64,000 nucleotides of DNA from Eledone cirrhosa (lineage: Eukaryota). Location of the stretch: contig OZ024745.1 of NCBI GenBank assembly GCA_964016885.1, positions 75,764,001 to 75,828,000 on the forward strand. The letters run 5' to 3'. A model generated the notes under the pieces. It ran no database searches. It had not been told where the DNA came from and was given only the letters and a program-made list of their open reading frames with translations. Each line of letters opens with the position of its first letter. The stretch's first letter is position 1. Below are positions 37,168-52,130 of this stretch, piece by piece. Both the position numbers and the translations under genes were made by a program.

Positions 37168-37419
37168 ATACCCATCATTATTGGAGCTACGGGTTATATA
37201 CCAACCCGCTTGAACCAAAGTATGACTGAACTTGGATTTGCGGACAAAAAGCGCAGCTCCCTAATTCATAGTCTACAAATGGCTGCGATAACTGGCACCT
37301 TCAAAATTTGCAAAACATTCTTGCGATTCAAGGGATGACAATTTCTTTTCTTTTACAACCTTGCCACCAGGAAGGTGGCCGGTCTAAAAAAATATACTCG
37401 AAATTAAGAGAAAGAGATA
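37168..37419 (+). mobile_element. 3' end of a second R4/Dong-like family embedded in (CATA)n
   Basis: IPIIIGATGYIP..LGF..LQMAAITGTFKICKTFL* parallels MPVIIGELGYV..LGF..LQVQSINGIVKICKAF at the end of the 17376 ORF; (CATA)n on both sides. Confidence 0.8.
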
Positions 37420-37546
37420 ACATACATACATACATACATGTATACATACACACATACATACATACATACATGCACACATACATACATACACACATACATA
37501 CATACATACACACATACATACATACATACATACATACATACATACA

Positions 37547-37577
<31 letters not shown>

Positions 37578-37578
<1 letters not shown>

Positions 37579-37715
37579 CTGATGATCTTCCATCAGTTCC
37601 CACGAACCTTAGAACAACTGATCAGGATGCTCGTAAAATTAACATGCAAAAGGCTGAGCATTCCACAAACATGTGCACCCACAACGTAGTTCTCAGGGAG
37701 ATTCAGCGTGACACA

Positions 37716-37718
<3 letters not shown>
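37578..37718 (+). mobile_element. Interspersed repeat family B (SINE body)
   Basis: gctcgtaaaattaac..ggctgagcattccaca..gtagttctcagggagattcagcgtgacaca; related copies at ~31350-31450, ~32820-32950 (-), ~48825-48950 (-) and ~62645-62720. Confidence 0.6.
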
Positions 37719-37802
<84 letters not shown>

Positions 37803-38032
37803 ATGCACATGTCCACCCCACATTTACAATGATTACCCCCTTCCTAAACCTCTCTAACGCGCAAGATACTCCTTGACCAGCAAATCTCCAAAATGGCTGA
37901 CTTAATGTGCGCGTGCCTCCCCCCACCCACCCCACCCCACCCCACCCCACCTTTTTTTCTCATTTTTCCCAGTTTTTTTCCTCTACTCACTCTTTATCTT
38001 TCTATTTCATCTTTTATTTCTAACTATATTTT

Positions 38033-38135
38033 CTGATGAAGAAATAGTGTCCGAACCGTTCAGACTCTTTTCCTGATATTTCTTCAATGTACTGTGTCAT
38101 TTGCTTTCTTATTTCTGTTTACTTTTTACACATAC
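38033..38135 (+). mobile_element. PLE-type pLTR end with degenerate hammerhead; related to 52010-52130
   Basis: CTGATGAAG..gtccGAAcCGT followed by a tail ..tgtactgtg..ttatttctgttt..ttt shared with the 52 kb copy. Confidence 0.45.
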
Positions 38136-38166
38136 ATACATACGCATGTAGACATTATATATATAT

Positions 38167-38990
38167 ATTTTCAATCACAGATATTTTATATTTGTTTGAC
38201 CCGAATTACTTGATCGTTTTTTTGGCGATGCGAATGATTGTTTAACCATCGTCTCAGTGTGTTTGGCCTTTAACGTTTGTTATAGCTCTGGTTCATCTGA
38301 ATCATTGAGCACTTGCCACACATCTCGAAGGTTGTTTTCCGTTATTTCGTGGGCCGAAATGCGATTCTCGATAATTTATGTTTGTATTTATCTCCAGACT
38401 CTAGCTATTGACCAGTTAATTTTCTTGATTTTTAGTTGATTCTATTGACTGATGAATAGCTTATGTTAATGTTAACCCTTCTGTTGAGAACTCTATTCGA
38501 TTTGTGATGTTTTTGCATTCTTGCAAAAATATACACAACTGAATTCATTCGCCTGATATAGGGGTTGCCTCCCTTGCCGATCCCCACGTGGGGTCAGCAA
38601 TAGTCAGTCCTTGTATTAACATTGAACTAAAACCTGTTGAGAAAGTGGCTTCCTTGTTCAATCATCTTACCAGAAGCCTAACATTATTTATGTAAGCGGA
38701 CAGTACTTGATTTAGGAGCCGCAGAAACCCAAATACTGAATTTTACCAACCTTCCAGGGGTCCGGGTAAATTTTCAATCACAGATATTTTATATTTGTTT
38801 GACCCGAATTACTTGATCGTTTTTTTGGCGATGCGAATGATTGTTTAACCATCGTCTCAGTGTGTTTGGCCTTTAACGTTTGTTATAGCTCTGGTTCATC
38901 TGAATCATTGAGCACTTGCCACACATCTCGGAGGTTGTTTTTCGTTATTTCGTGGGCCGAAATGCGATTCTCAATAATTTATGTTTGTTT
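38167..38990. mobile_element. TA-flanked element with ~220-bp near-identical direct repeats
   Basis: 38167-38385 = 38771-38988. The - strand interior gives KHHKSNRVLNRRVNINISYS, similar to PLE QHRHYTIFNKNTIRLSYS. Confidence 0.65.
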
Positions 38991-39493
38991 ATATATATAT
39001 ATACATATATATATATCATAAATCATGTCCTTAGAATTATTAGATAAAATATATACCATTTTCTCTCCCAATTAGCATAATTAACCATATAAAAAATCAA
39101 TTAGACCAGGCTATAAGAATAAAGATTCCTATGAAGAAATATTTGATAAATAACCGAAAGCGGCCTCTTCGCGGGTGACCCCAATGGGTATTTACCCAAC
39201 GTTTCAACAGCATGTAGAAACTGACTAAATATATATATAAGGGATAACAAAATATCGTTATAGTCAATCCAGTTAGAGGTTGTGAATACTTCGTATTGTG
39301 GATAGTTTTAGCGTACAGCGTTGTTCGACTCAACAAGAGGTTTCCGTAGGTGGCGTGTTTATGAGTTCTCTTGCATTCCTATGTAAGTTTATCTTGGAGT
39401 AATAATATTGAAAGAGTGACGAATAACATGGTCAACAGTACAAGAAATCAAACCCCCTTTTTTGTACTGTTGACCATGTCATTCTTCACTATT

Positions 39494-39770
<277 letters not shown>

Positions 39771-39954
39771 TATATACAGCATATAAATGAAACTAGTACA
39801 TCGTTCCTGTGTCAGTGTTGAACAAAAAGGTGACGATGGTTGCCTGAACACTGTACGGCGTAATTCGGGCTGTCTGTTTACAAACAAACCGAACATTATA
39901 ATAAATGTTCGGTAAACCCATACGTACATATATATATATATATATGTGTGCATG

Positions 39955-40027
<73 letters not shown>

Positions 40028-40579
40028 TACTGTACGTCTGTATACATATATGTATGTACGTATACATACTTACATTTAAGTATCAGCCGTACTAAGAGTG
40101 AGAAATGAAATTTCGTTTCATTCTTTTCCATTTATATATACATATATATATATATATAGGGTGAGTGAGAGGGAGAGAAAAATTAACAATATATATATAT
40201 ATACTCGGAGATAGTAATGTGGAAATATTTAATGATTTATGGTTCCAGTTAATACAGAAAATAGCCATTATCAAGTAACAATGTAGTCTATTAAAAGTTG
40301 TCTGAGAATAAAATAAAATGAGGAATAATAATTAGCGAATTTTGATGATGTTTGGTGATAATGTCTGAGTGTGAGATGTGTTGTAGACGTAGAAGTCAGT
40401 AGATAGGAAACAGATAGTAATAGTAGCTTCTGATGTTGTATAGAGATGTATATGAATACACACACACACACACACACACTGAAGCGTGAAACTAATATTA
40501 ACATTTTGTACTGCCTCTTCGCTTCCACGTTGTTGTTTTTTTTTGTTTACTGTTTCAACTATAAAATACATACATACAC

Positions 40580-41205
40580 GATGGCTGCCCCTCGTTATCG
40601 AGTATGGCCATTGCATGATATACCATTATTAATAATTATTAATTAATTCCATCGTGCAATGCCTGTGCGTGAAGGTATTTTTTAAAGTGAGGAAAGACTG
40701 TGCACTGAGCCAATCCCACTCTCTGGGCGACAGTAGCTATAACTCGAAAAGAAGAAAAGATCAACATCGTCGGTAACTACTGAGCCGCAGGTTTTATATC
40801 GGAGTTATCCCAGTTTCCTGAGTTGCCTTCTCCTAGAAGAATGCCCTGACAAAGGCTAGGGGTCCTTCACTCCCAGTGGTTTAACCGCGCGATCGGGTGT
40901 CCAGCACGACTATTTCTATGTCTATATATGTATATGTATATACACCCATGTATATACATATACATATATATACACATGTACATCTGTATATACATATTTA
41001 CACACTTTTGGATGGCCGTTGACTCTTATGAGTTCTCCCGCCCTTTGTCAAGTTTGTTTGTTTTTTGTCCTGCAGGGTGTCCAAAATCACCCTCCTCACC
41101 AAGTAAACTTGGTGGGGTTGCCGGTTTAGTCACCGACGACCCGACCATGCTACAGGTTGTACTGGGTTACATGTTACCAGTAGCACTCAAGAGTGACCCG
41201 ACTGA
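40580..41205 (-). mobile_element. Non-autonomous bipartite RTE/BovB-like element, copy 2 (longer 5' end)
   Basis: Colinear with 17689-18290. Confidence 0.65.
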
Positions 41206-41735
41206 CATGCATACATACATACATACACATACATACATACATACATACATACATACATACATACATACATACATACATGCATACATACATACATACATAC
41301 ATACAAACAAAATTCATACATATCTCTAGATATGTATATGAATATATACATACATAAATCAGGATAGAACCAGTTTGAAACTAGTTAGACCATTACTCAA
41401 CAGAGTACTCGATACTTGGGGTAGTAGAGTATGGTTATATTATAAAAAACTTGAACTTGTTGAAACGGCAAGCGCTCAGCCGTCGGGTCCCGACTCTTTA
41501 TTATATATACATATATATATACAATATATTAATAAATGGAAACTATATTTATAAAACCATATTTATTTCATTATACATATTTCAAGGACACCAAAGCAAA
41601 TTATGGTGCGCTTTCACCAGATAAAATATAATATAGATCAGTTTTATAAACAAATATTGACATACCCTTAAAAGAATGCGACCATGTCTGTTGGAAGTTC
41701 CCGGTGTATCCCAACAAATTAAATATAACTTCTAC

Positions 41736-41766
<31 letters not shown>

Positions 41767-41929
41767 ATATTAAGGATACTATTTATGGCTATGTATATAC
41801 TAAAACTTTTTATAGTTATGTATATTTTAAACCCTAAACAGTGAAGGTCAGTAATTTATTACTACCTTATTACCAGTAAGATAAATAGCTCAATGTAATA
41901 ACATCAGTTGTTTCAACATCATTGAAAAA

Positions 41930-41976
41930 TGCTCCGAAGACCCCAAGCCTAGGTTTGGATGAAACAATTGTAAGTG
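41930..41976 (+). ncRNA. Near-intact minimal hammerhead (core U4>C)
   Basis: tgct-CCGAAGA-ccCCAAGCctagGTTTGGat-GAAA-CAATTG-TA|agtg, then a 40-nt tail into (TA)n; stem I is weak. Confidence 0.55.
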
Positions 41977-42011
41977 AATAAAGGCTTTGAACATAGCTTT
42001 GATTCTTGTGA

Positions 42012-42047
<36 letters not shown>

Positions 42048-42053
42048 ATATAA

Positions 42054-42087
<34 letters not shown>

Positions 42088-42642
42088 CTTTACCATATAT
42101 ATGTGTGTATGTGTGTGTGTGTGTGTGTATGTGTGTGTGCGTGCGTATGCGTGTGTGTGTGTGTAATATACATATATATACTCGCATAGTAACCGTAAAA
42201 AGTGCCGAGGATTTTAATAAAAAATATATTGAATTTTATAATTCTTTCATTACAACATTCTATGTAAAGAAGCTTAAATTCTCGTTTCTTTTGCTGGATC
42301 TTCTCCCGTTCATCACTTCGGCCATCGTTGTATTTCCTTTTCCATTCATTTTAATGATTTACAATAATTTTTCTTTCATATTTTACTTTATCATTATCAA
42401 ACATCTCCTTTTCTTATTCGTCCCCACTTATTCCTGCGAGGGTTGTGGAAGCAGACTCCTCAAACACTCCTTCCAGCAGATCCTGTCAGAAGCAACCGTC
42501 TCCATTTGATCCTGCTGGGTCCACAAGCGAGGCCAGCCAAGCTCCTGGCTGTTATCCAACCACTAAATTACAATGACTTTGTTCTACGTGTATATCTGTC
42601 TATCTTCCGACTTGTATTGGGTTCGTGCTTTGTCATTATTGT

Positions 42643-42835
42643 TAAGGCGGTGGATTGGCAGTATCGGTAGAGGATCGGACGCCATGCTTTCCAGCATAGT
42701 TACGTCCCTTTACGATCTGAGTTCAAATCCCGCCGAGGTTGACTTTGCCTTTCATCCTTACGGGGTCGATAAAATAAAGTACCAGTAATGCACTGGGTAA
42801 TTGCTGGCCTTGTGCCTAAAGTAGAACAATTATTG
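42643..42835 (+). mobile_element. SINE family A, full-length short variant
   Basis: Head ggcggtggattggcagtatcggtagag, B-box gagttcaaatccc, Meta-like core, (ATT)-like tail. Confidence 0.9.
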
Positions 42836-42937
42836 TTATTGCTGTTATTGTCCGAACATACATTGTTAAACAGGCATAAACAGAGAGCTATAGGTAGATA
42901 TATATATATAGAGAGAGAGAGAGTGAGAGAGAGAGAG

Positions 42938-42979
<42 letters not shown>

Positions 42980-43715
42980 CGATCGATCGATAGATAGATA
43001 GATAGATGTTGTAAACAAAAAAAACACACATATTCTCACATCTTTACATACAAACACACATACACATACACACACGCACACATACACATACATATATATT
43101 GTTTGCTCTCATGATATTGTCGATGTTGTGTGTGAGAGTAAGAATGAGGGGATATTTAGCACACGCTCACATTAGCATTTCCCAGACTTCCCAGACAAAA
43201 TGGTTGTCACCTGATCATGTGTTTGATTATAAGTTGTGTCGTGTCCTTCCTTTTTTAAGATGATAGGGATGTTATTTGAGAGTAAAGTCACTGCTATCTC
43301 TAGTAAGTCAAAGAACCATTGGTGCTATTTAATAAACTCCAACTATCCAAATGTAAACATCTTATGAGACACTTTATGAATTATAAATATCTCCCAATCT
43401 CTCTCTCTCTGCATTATTTCAACACCACTAACACAACCATCACCGCCAGTACCACTAGTCTCGTCACCACAACCATCACACCACCACCACCACCACAAAC
43501 ATGTTTCTTTTTTTTATGTTTACTAAAACAAGCGAATGCTATTAAACTAATCAACTAACAAAGCAAAATTAAAATACCATTTGTCTCATTAATATTATCA
43601 ACTCCATAGCAATATATCTCTATTAAGTTTACTGATCGAAGCTTCATTTTTCAAAATATCAAAATATATCTTCAAAATATATCCCTCCGATTTTTTATCT
43701 TTCTCTGCCCCCCCA

Positions 43716-43761
<46 letters not shown>

Positions 43762-44043
43762 CATCTATCTATCTATCTACTTAATAAAGCTTCTGTTATT
43801 TGTCTGTCCGTTTGACATTTTTATCAGATGCTGCACTAAAATATTTTTTTTAATGTTTCATCTCTTCCCACCCCCTCCTTCCTCTTAACTGTTACTCCTC
43901 CCCCTCCCCCACTCTGTCGTCTGGTGTCTCTCACTTTTACACCTCAGTCTATATGTCATGAACCTCACCCTCCCTCCCTCTCTCTCTACTCTCCCCCTCT
44001 CCCTATCTCTCTTTCCCTCAGTCTCTCTATTTCTCTCTCTCTC

Positions 44044-44078
<35 letters not shown>

Positions 44079-44083
44079 CTATG

Positions 44084-44139
<56 letters not shown>

Positions 44140-44376
44140 GTATATATTATATATATATATATGTTATAGCCTCTCTCTTTCTCTCTATATCTGCTGTTAC
44201 AACGCCCCATCACCCCACATATCCGCTCACTGTTGTCTGTCTGTTTCATTATTTCAATATATTATTTTCGTTAACTGAAAAAAAAAAAACCCACAAATGC
44301 AATTTTATTTTTAATGTAGTTATATTTTGATAGTATCATAGTATCCTCATTATAGAGAAAGTGTTTATGTTTATCA

Positions 44377-44821
<445 letters not shown>

Positions 44822-44849
44822 AACAAAAGATGGTTAAAAGAGTTCCATG

Positions 44850-44920
44850 TATTTTATTATGCGCATTTCAAAAACAAATATCATCATGCAATAATATTTG
44901 TGTTTTCATCAGATAAAACA
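44850..44920 (-). ncRNA. Minimal type I hammerhead ribozyme
   Basis: UGUUUUAU-CUGAUGA-AAAcACAAAUAUU(auugcaugau)GAUAUUUGUuUUU-GAAA-UGCGCA-UA|AUAAAAUA; long stem II, palindromic stem III, tail runs into (TA)n. Confidence 0.85.
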
Positions 44921-44970
44921 TGAAGACATATGAAGGTTAAAAAACACTTGTGGATAGTTCAGTTTTAAAT

Positions 44971-45089
<119 letters not shown>

Positions 45090-45434
45090 TACACACACAC
45101 AAGAATGAAGAACTGTTGTGATCGAAGTATTTTTGTAAGCCAGCATCAGCTCTGGAATGAGCTTCTTTTGTCTGCATAAATTGTACTATCTTTCAGATAA
45201 ATATGAAGACGTATCTTTTCAGAAAATACCATCAGTGAACTTACCTTTCAAATTATTATGTTCATGTGTTTATAATGAACGAACAATCAAATCAATATTT
45301 TTTACGATTTGGTGGATTTATGGCACCATATACATACATTATCATTAGTAATAGTGTTTTATCAATGTATATTTTCAACTCGGAGCATATCTTAATACTG
45401 CAAAACAATTTATCCACTGCAACGATGCCACCAA

Positions 45435-46010
45435 CAATAATAATTGTTTCTACTTTTGGCACAAGGCCAGCAACCATCCCAGTGCATTACTGGTACTTTA
45501 TTTTATCGACCACGTAAGGATGAAAGGCAAAGTTAACCACGGCGGGATTTGAACTTTTAACATTAACACAAGTCTATAATTTTGGTGGGATGAAAGTGAC
45601 ACAAAGATCATGTTATTCCAGAAGGATGGAAGATCAGGGTGATCTCGGGGGTATTCTAACACGAGTGGAAATTAAAAGAAGAAAAAAAATAGATATATAA
45701 CATACTCTAGAAAGAATCATTCGACAAGATCAATTTTGCCTTTAATCCTTCCGGAGTCGATAAAATAAAGTACCAGTCACGTACTGTGATCGATATAATC
45801 GACTGTTCCTTTCCTCTGAATTTGAGGCATTGTGCTCATGTAATAAAATAGAAATCAATATTATATGGGAGAGTGATGGTTGGCAACATTTTTAGAACAT
45901 CGAACAAAATAACCTGTGGTATTTAGTTAGGAGTGTTTGTTATGTTCAAATTTCGGCGAGATCAACTTTATCTTTCATTCTTCCGGAGTCAATAAAATAA
46001 TGTACCCTTC
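45435..46010. mobile_element. Cluster of SINE family A copies in mixed orientation
   Basis: - copy at 45435-45557; older + copies at ~45725-45860 and ~45870-46010. Confidence 0.7.
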
Positions 46011-47924
46011 CATAAAATGTGTAGTCTTGTATTTATATGAGAAATGACTATTACATAGGAGGTGTAAAAGTAACAAGAGTTTATTTCAAACATACAATAG
46101 TTCCGAAACAACAATTTATCATCCTTAAATCAATAGTATTTCTATAACTTTAATATTCAGCGACTACACACTTTAGTAACAACGGCCTCAGTATTGGTTT
46201 GTTATTTCATATTTACAAACTCATCGAAATAATAAACAGTTTTAATTATAACTAAATATTAAGATAAACGAGAAGAATTAACAAATTCTGAAGGTCGATA
46301 ACATTAACTCAACATGGTATTTGTGATTAATTCTACTGCCCGACCATATAGCAGTCAGGAACAAGATTGGTGTAGGTTGAATAGAGTAAGTTGTAAGGTA
46401 AAAGTACCTAATAAACTTGCAAGAACAAACAGAACGGTGCCTCAAGGTGCCTTCAGTTTTGTATATATGTATGAAGAAACAATATGTAACAAGAAATATA
46501 TACGCTTGTTCATTGAATAGAAGAAAAGAAGACAAACAATTACACTTACCAGATACTTAATAGTAATAATACAAGACTAATGTCTTTTCAAGTGTAAAGA
46601 GACATGATCAATAACTGTGAAAGGATGGTAAATGGTACAATAAAGTGTCACCGAATATTATTCACCTCCCGACAGCGGTAGAAAGGTCCCTTCATCCTCT
46701 CTCTCTCTCCCACTCACTCACTCTTTTTTCTTTCTCTTGTTCAGCTTACCATCACTTAGAAAACACGTATATTGCAGTAAGGTTTACCTACGCTATTACG
46801 TTCTCACTCATAAAATTGAACCTCTAGCCAACCCTACATATGACTTGCTAGAAATAGGAGTCAATTACCCTCTAAATTACACCCACTGCCTTAGGTAATG
46901 TGGTCCTACGTTCACTGTGTCCACAAAAACATAGGATCGTCACAACCAGAATGCTTTTGATTATAAGTCTACTCGACCAAGCCTGACCTTGGGTTAAACA
47001 ACTCAAATTTTATGGATCTTCCTTCTTCCTTACTGGATTAATGTTTTATTTCTGGCCTTTAAAAACAATGTATCATTGTCCGACAAAAATATACATATGC
47101 CTTCGTTTTTGTCTTGTTTTGTTTTTCTGCCTAGATGTAATATCAACGAGTTATTCGTGTCGATACTGTAACGATGAATTAAATTACTTAAAATGACATC
47201 CGTATTATCGTCTCCAGAAGGTTAATATAATATTTTAAACAAATAATAAAAACTGGCATAGAAATATAAACAAAACAGAAAACGACGATTGCCAAATAAA
47301 AAAAGTGTGGGAGAGAAAATCCGCACACGCAACCACACACCACATGGAGTGCTGGAGCCACCCTCTAATAATATTTTAGGCAAACCAATACATTCACAGC
47401 ATTACCCTGGTTATTGCGAGGGTAAGGCTCTGGAAAAACCATACACCATCGCGGGCATCAGCCGAATTAAAAATAGAATATAGATTCAGAAGCTTGGTTT
47501 ACAATTTTACAAGAGAGGGCTTTGTAAATTACGACTTTTTTTAAATGAATTGTATTCACAATCTTGCCTAAAATTATGTTTCTAGTATTTATTAAGTCAT
47601 TTCATACATAACTTAGTAGTCTTTTTATTCAACAATATTATTTAATAAATGATTTTAGTGTATTGATTGCGGGGATCAATAAAATAAAGTACCAGTCGAG
47701 TACTGGTGCCGATATAAACAAGCGTTACCTTCTTTCATTTAATGCATGACGTTTGTTTCATCACTTTATTCCTGGCAAATTGTCATTTGCTGATGAATTC
47801 GGTACATCTAAAATTTCATCAAGAGTAATTCTTCGTTACAGGTACGCGGAAAAGGAAAATGAATTTATTACGACTATAATAACCAAGACTATGATGAATG
47901 ATTATTATGATTATAGCGGGATGT

Positions 47925-48100
47925 TGGTTTTGCGACATAAAGTTACGGTCCTTTATATTGTGAGTTCAAATACTGGCGAGGTTAGCTTTGCCTTTCATCT
48001 TCATGGAGTCGATTGAATGTCAATAACGCACTGGAATCGATTTAATCAACTTTCTCCTTCCACTTGAATTGATGGCCTTGTGTCAAAAGTGGAAACGACG
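47925..48100 (+). mobile_element. SINE family A, diverged
   Basis: gagttcaaat..tttgcctttcatc..tggccttgtg. Confidence 0.7.
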
Positions 48101-48291
48101 ATGTGTTTTCTTAGTTTCGTGTCCACAAAATAGCAAATACACTTTAAATTTGTGTTAGTTATAACAACATGAATTAAGAAATACACTACAGAGAGGCATT
48201 TTAATCGGCTAAATAATAACTGATTTTATTATTAAATTATTAATAACGTAAATTCCAAAATATATTTTAATCTTTATGACATGTATATGTT

Positions 48292-48747
48292 ACTAACTGT
48301 ACCCGTAAAAATTCGAGCAATAGTTAATTGTATTTATTATATGTGTTTATATTTATGTTTATATTTTCATTCTGAAAGAATTGAGAACAATTTGTAGTGT
48401 TATTTATACAACTGTGAATAAAAATTATATCATTATTAGAAAGAGGGGTATAGTGGAAGAAAACCCGCACACTGAATCACACACCATAACAAAGTTAACC
48501 TCTAATAATTTTTTTATGCGAGCCAACACACTGGCAGCATTGCCACGGGTGATACCGAGAACATATCACTGGAATAACCTACCACCCTCGCGTGCATCAC
48601 CTGATACGTCGATGAAGCTAGCCACGAACAATGACAAGAACCTCATTCTCAACAGTCCAACTCCTCAAAACGCCTCTAATGTCACAGACTGAAAATGAAG
48701 AGCGTATGCGCGAAGGCTGGACCGAAGTGCGCATGCGCGAAGGCCGG

Positions 48748-48820
<73 letters not shown>

Positions 48821-50324
48821 TACCACAATCTCCCTGAGAATTACATTAACGGTATAAGTGTCTTTGGAATGTGCAACCACCTGTCACGTTAGAATCAGCC
48901 TTCACGAGCAGCGGGTTCCATCGAGTGAACAATTGGAACAGTTATTGTCGGTGGAGGTCCATTCCATTCCACGTAATTTTGGTGGAGATGAGGTGAAGGA
49001 AGATGGATTGTTTCATGGAGCAAATATTTTTTGTTTTTATAGTCCGAGACACCATTAAGGCCGTTTTTTAACACAATGCGTTGATGTTATTGGAGGATGA
49101 ATATAGCTTGACGAGTAGAATAAACTATAGTTTGGTAGTTTTGCAATTCTGGTTCAAAATGTATGAATGTTTTTCGATTTTGAGAGAAAATGAAAGAAAC
49201 CAGGGTCATAAGTAGTGTATTGTATCATTTATTGAAGTTATCTTCATCACTACTGCCTGAAGTATCACTTTCACCATCATTGACTTCATCTTCGGACTCT
49301 TCATCATCTTCACTGGCTCTAATATGCTCGTAAATCTTTCATTCATGTACACAATTCGTCGCTTCTTCGCTGCATTGAGAGAGACTAATCTGACTGTATA
49401 GAGATTCCGCTTACGAATGTACCCACCTCGAAGCTTGTTGTACATCATTCCTTTCTTCTTTCTACGACTGTATCCTTTTCGCTTAAGGAATCTTTGACCA
49501 GATCACAGAGCTGCTTAGACTTGCTTTGGTTGATCACGATCAACAGCAATGAAACCATTTTCGATACAGCTATCCGTCACATCCTAGCAACAGTCCTAGT
49601 GTGAGTCGCCCGACGATGTCTGACAAATTTCTAGATTACACAAGTCACAAGATGAAAATCAGGAACTACCGAAGCCTTTGGATTCCGATTTCCAGTCATC
49701 TTCTGCTCCAAAATTTCCCTTGTATGGAGAATATCCAGCTTCTCCTCCTTGTTAAGGCTCCTAGGTTGATTTTTTTTTCACGAAACTCTCCACAGATTCA
49801 AGAAATGGCTTATCCACAACCTTACGCTTCTTTTTGGGAGTGTGAGAAACAACGTTTCCGTGTCTTTTGTTTCTTCTCGGCTCCAAAAGACGATCTTCAA
49901 CTTGGTCCTTTTCATCATTTCTTTCCATAACTTCTGATCTGGAGGAAGGCAAAATAATTAAAAAATATAATTCACGGTGCAAAAGAAAGATCTCAACGAG
50001 CTCTATTCAACGATATAATGGGTTTAAACTAGCAGTAAAAACTGACTGAATAAAACACAAAATAGGTCTGAACGGTGTCGCGCACCATTAATAATAATTT
50101 ATCTAGTGTCCTTTGAAAATTAATGACAAAATTAATCTATATTGGAAGTTTTTAAAATTTAGTTATGTTTACTGATTTCAAAAAAACAATATGCAGCTTT
50201 GAGAGTTATCGGCCGTTGGGGGTGAACTTTGGCAGTTTCGATTCCTACCGATGGCCCACCGATGAAGTTTACATGTATTTAGTTATTTTATCGACCTGTT
50301 ACGAGCGTTTAGTAGAATCACATA

Positions 50325-50330
<6 letters not shown>
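48292..50330. mobile_element. Possible Helitron/Helentron-derived relic with nested repeats
   Basis: Starts ACTAACTGTACCCG; the interior has degenerate R/E/K-rich coding on the - strand. No Rep or helicase motif seen. Confidence 0.3.
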
Positions 50331-50375
<45 letters not shown>

Positions 50376-50384
50376 TATACATAT

Positions 50385-50840
50385 ATATGGTGGCTGCCAA
50401 CTCGCTTTCGAGTACGGCCACTACTTTATATCCATGTAGGAGAACTCCTACCGATGCGCTGAACGAGTGACATTTTAGTCCAGCCAGCGACTTGAAAACT
50501 CTGGTACAAACACTACACTTGTGACAATTATTGACACATAGTGCTGGGCTCATGGTACCATGTGACGACAAGTGCAGAGAGATCTCCAGATATAAAGCAA
50601 TGCCTGTGCCGTGAAGCTTTTATAGTGAGCAAAGGCACTCCACAAACCCAGTCCCACTCTCTTAACCAAGATGATATTTACCAAAAAGAAGAACAAGTCA
50701 ACATCATTGGATACCATCAAGGTTGCAGGTGTTATATCGGAGTTTTCCTTCTCCTAAAATTCTGCCTTGACAATGGCTAAGGGGTCATCTCTCCCGGTGA
50801 TTTTGGATGGCCATTGACTCTTAAGAGCTCCTTTGCCCTG
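50385..50840 (-). mobile_element. Bipartite RTE/BovB-like element retaining the C-terminal C2H2 finger
   Basis: - strand HKCSVCTRVFKSLAGLKCH. The 5' part ggatggccattgactcttaagagctc and gcaatgcctgtg..gtgaag is shared with the 17.7 kb and 40.6 kb elements. Confidence 0.7.
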
Positions 50841-50875
50841 TATGTATGTATGTATGTATGTATGTATGTATGTAT

Positions 50876-51090
50876 GTACCATGGGCCCAGCACTATGCGT
50901 CAATAATTGTCACAAGTGTAGTGTTTGTACCAGAGTTTTCAAGTCGCTGGCTGGACTAAAAAGTCACACTCGTTCAGCGTATCAGGGGTTCTCCTACATG
51001 GATATAAAGTAGTGGCCGTACTCGAAAACGAGTTGGCAGCCACCATGTATGTATGTATGTATGTATGTATGTATGTATGTATGTATGTAT
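50876..51090 (+). mobile_element. 5'-truncated copy of the same element, inverted, with (TATG)n tail
   Basis: Reverse complement of 50385-50560 with several substitutions. Confidence 0.8.
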
Positions 51091-51463
51091 CAAGCAATTG
51101 TGTTATAAGGATGTCAATTTATAAAAATTACATAACCATGTCTACATTCTCTGAAAACACAAACATGAACAGAATAAATATTTAATTCCTTTAGTGAATA
51201 CTCAGATTAGGATATATGGATACTCCCACATATGAATAATGGAGCTCTAATCTTTTTCATTTTGCTCTAATGGAGCTCTAATCTTTTTCATTTTGCCATA
51301 GTTTTTGCCAGATAAACTTTCGTATTCTCATCTAAATACATAGATACATGCATGACTATAAACCTACTACAGCAGAAATTTATCTTTCTTTTTCTTGTCC
51401 TCACAGATAAGAAATCATATATCTGTGCATAAATGTGTGAGTACATCAACGTCTATCTATATG

Positions 51464-51499
<36 letters not shown>

Positions 51500-51509
<10 letters not shown>

Positions 51510-51540
51510 TATAGGTGTGTATAAATATATGTATATATAT

Positions 51541-51571
<31 letters not shown>

Positions 51572-51572
51572 G

Positions 51573-51619
<47 letters not shown>

Positions 51620-51675
51620 CACACCTATATATATATGTGTGTGTGTGTGTGTATATATACATATATTTATACACA

Positions 51676-51721
<46 letters not shown>

Positions 51722-51791
51722 CACACCTATATATATATATATATTTATACACACCTATATATATGTATATATATATATATATTTATACACA

Positions 51792-51833
<42 letters not shown>

Positions 51834-51880
51834 CACACCTATATATATATGTATATATATATATTTATACACACCTATAT
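51500..51880. repeat. TTTATACACACCTA + variable (TA)n minisatellite with an orientation switch
   Basis: Two inverted units at 51511 and 51570, then about seven forward units. Confidence 0.85.
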
Positions 51881-51905
51881 ATATATATATATGTATATAT
51901 ATATG

Positions 51906-51936
<31 letters not shown>

Positions 51937-51956
51937 ATACACATCTATAAATGTGG

Positions 51957-51990
<34 letters not shown>

Positions 51991-52096
51991 GTGTGTGTGT
52001 GTGTGTGTATGCAAAAGGCAAACAGAAATAACAAAACGGCACAGTACAATGAAAAAATATATTACTTTTACGCTTGATATTGTAGGAAAAGAATCT

Positions 52097-52130
52097 TGAC
52101 GTTTCGGACGCTAGTCCTTCAACAGGAAAT
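52097..52130 (-). ncRNA. Degenerate minimal hammerhead (core A6>U)
   Basis: CUGUUGA-A-GGAC-uagc-GUCC-GAAA-CGUCA on the - strand; stem I is poor. Confidence 0.45.
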
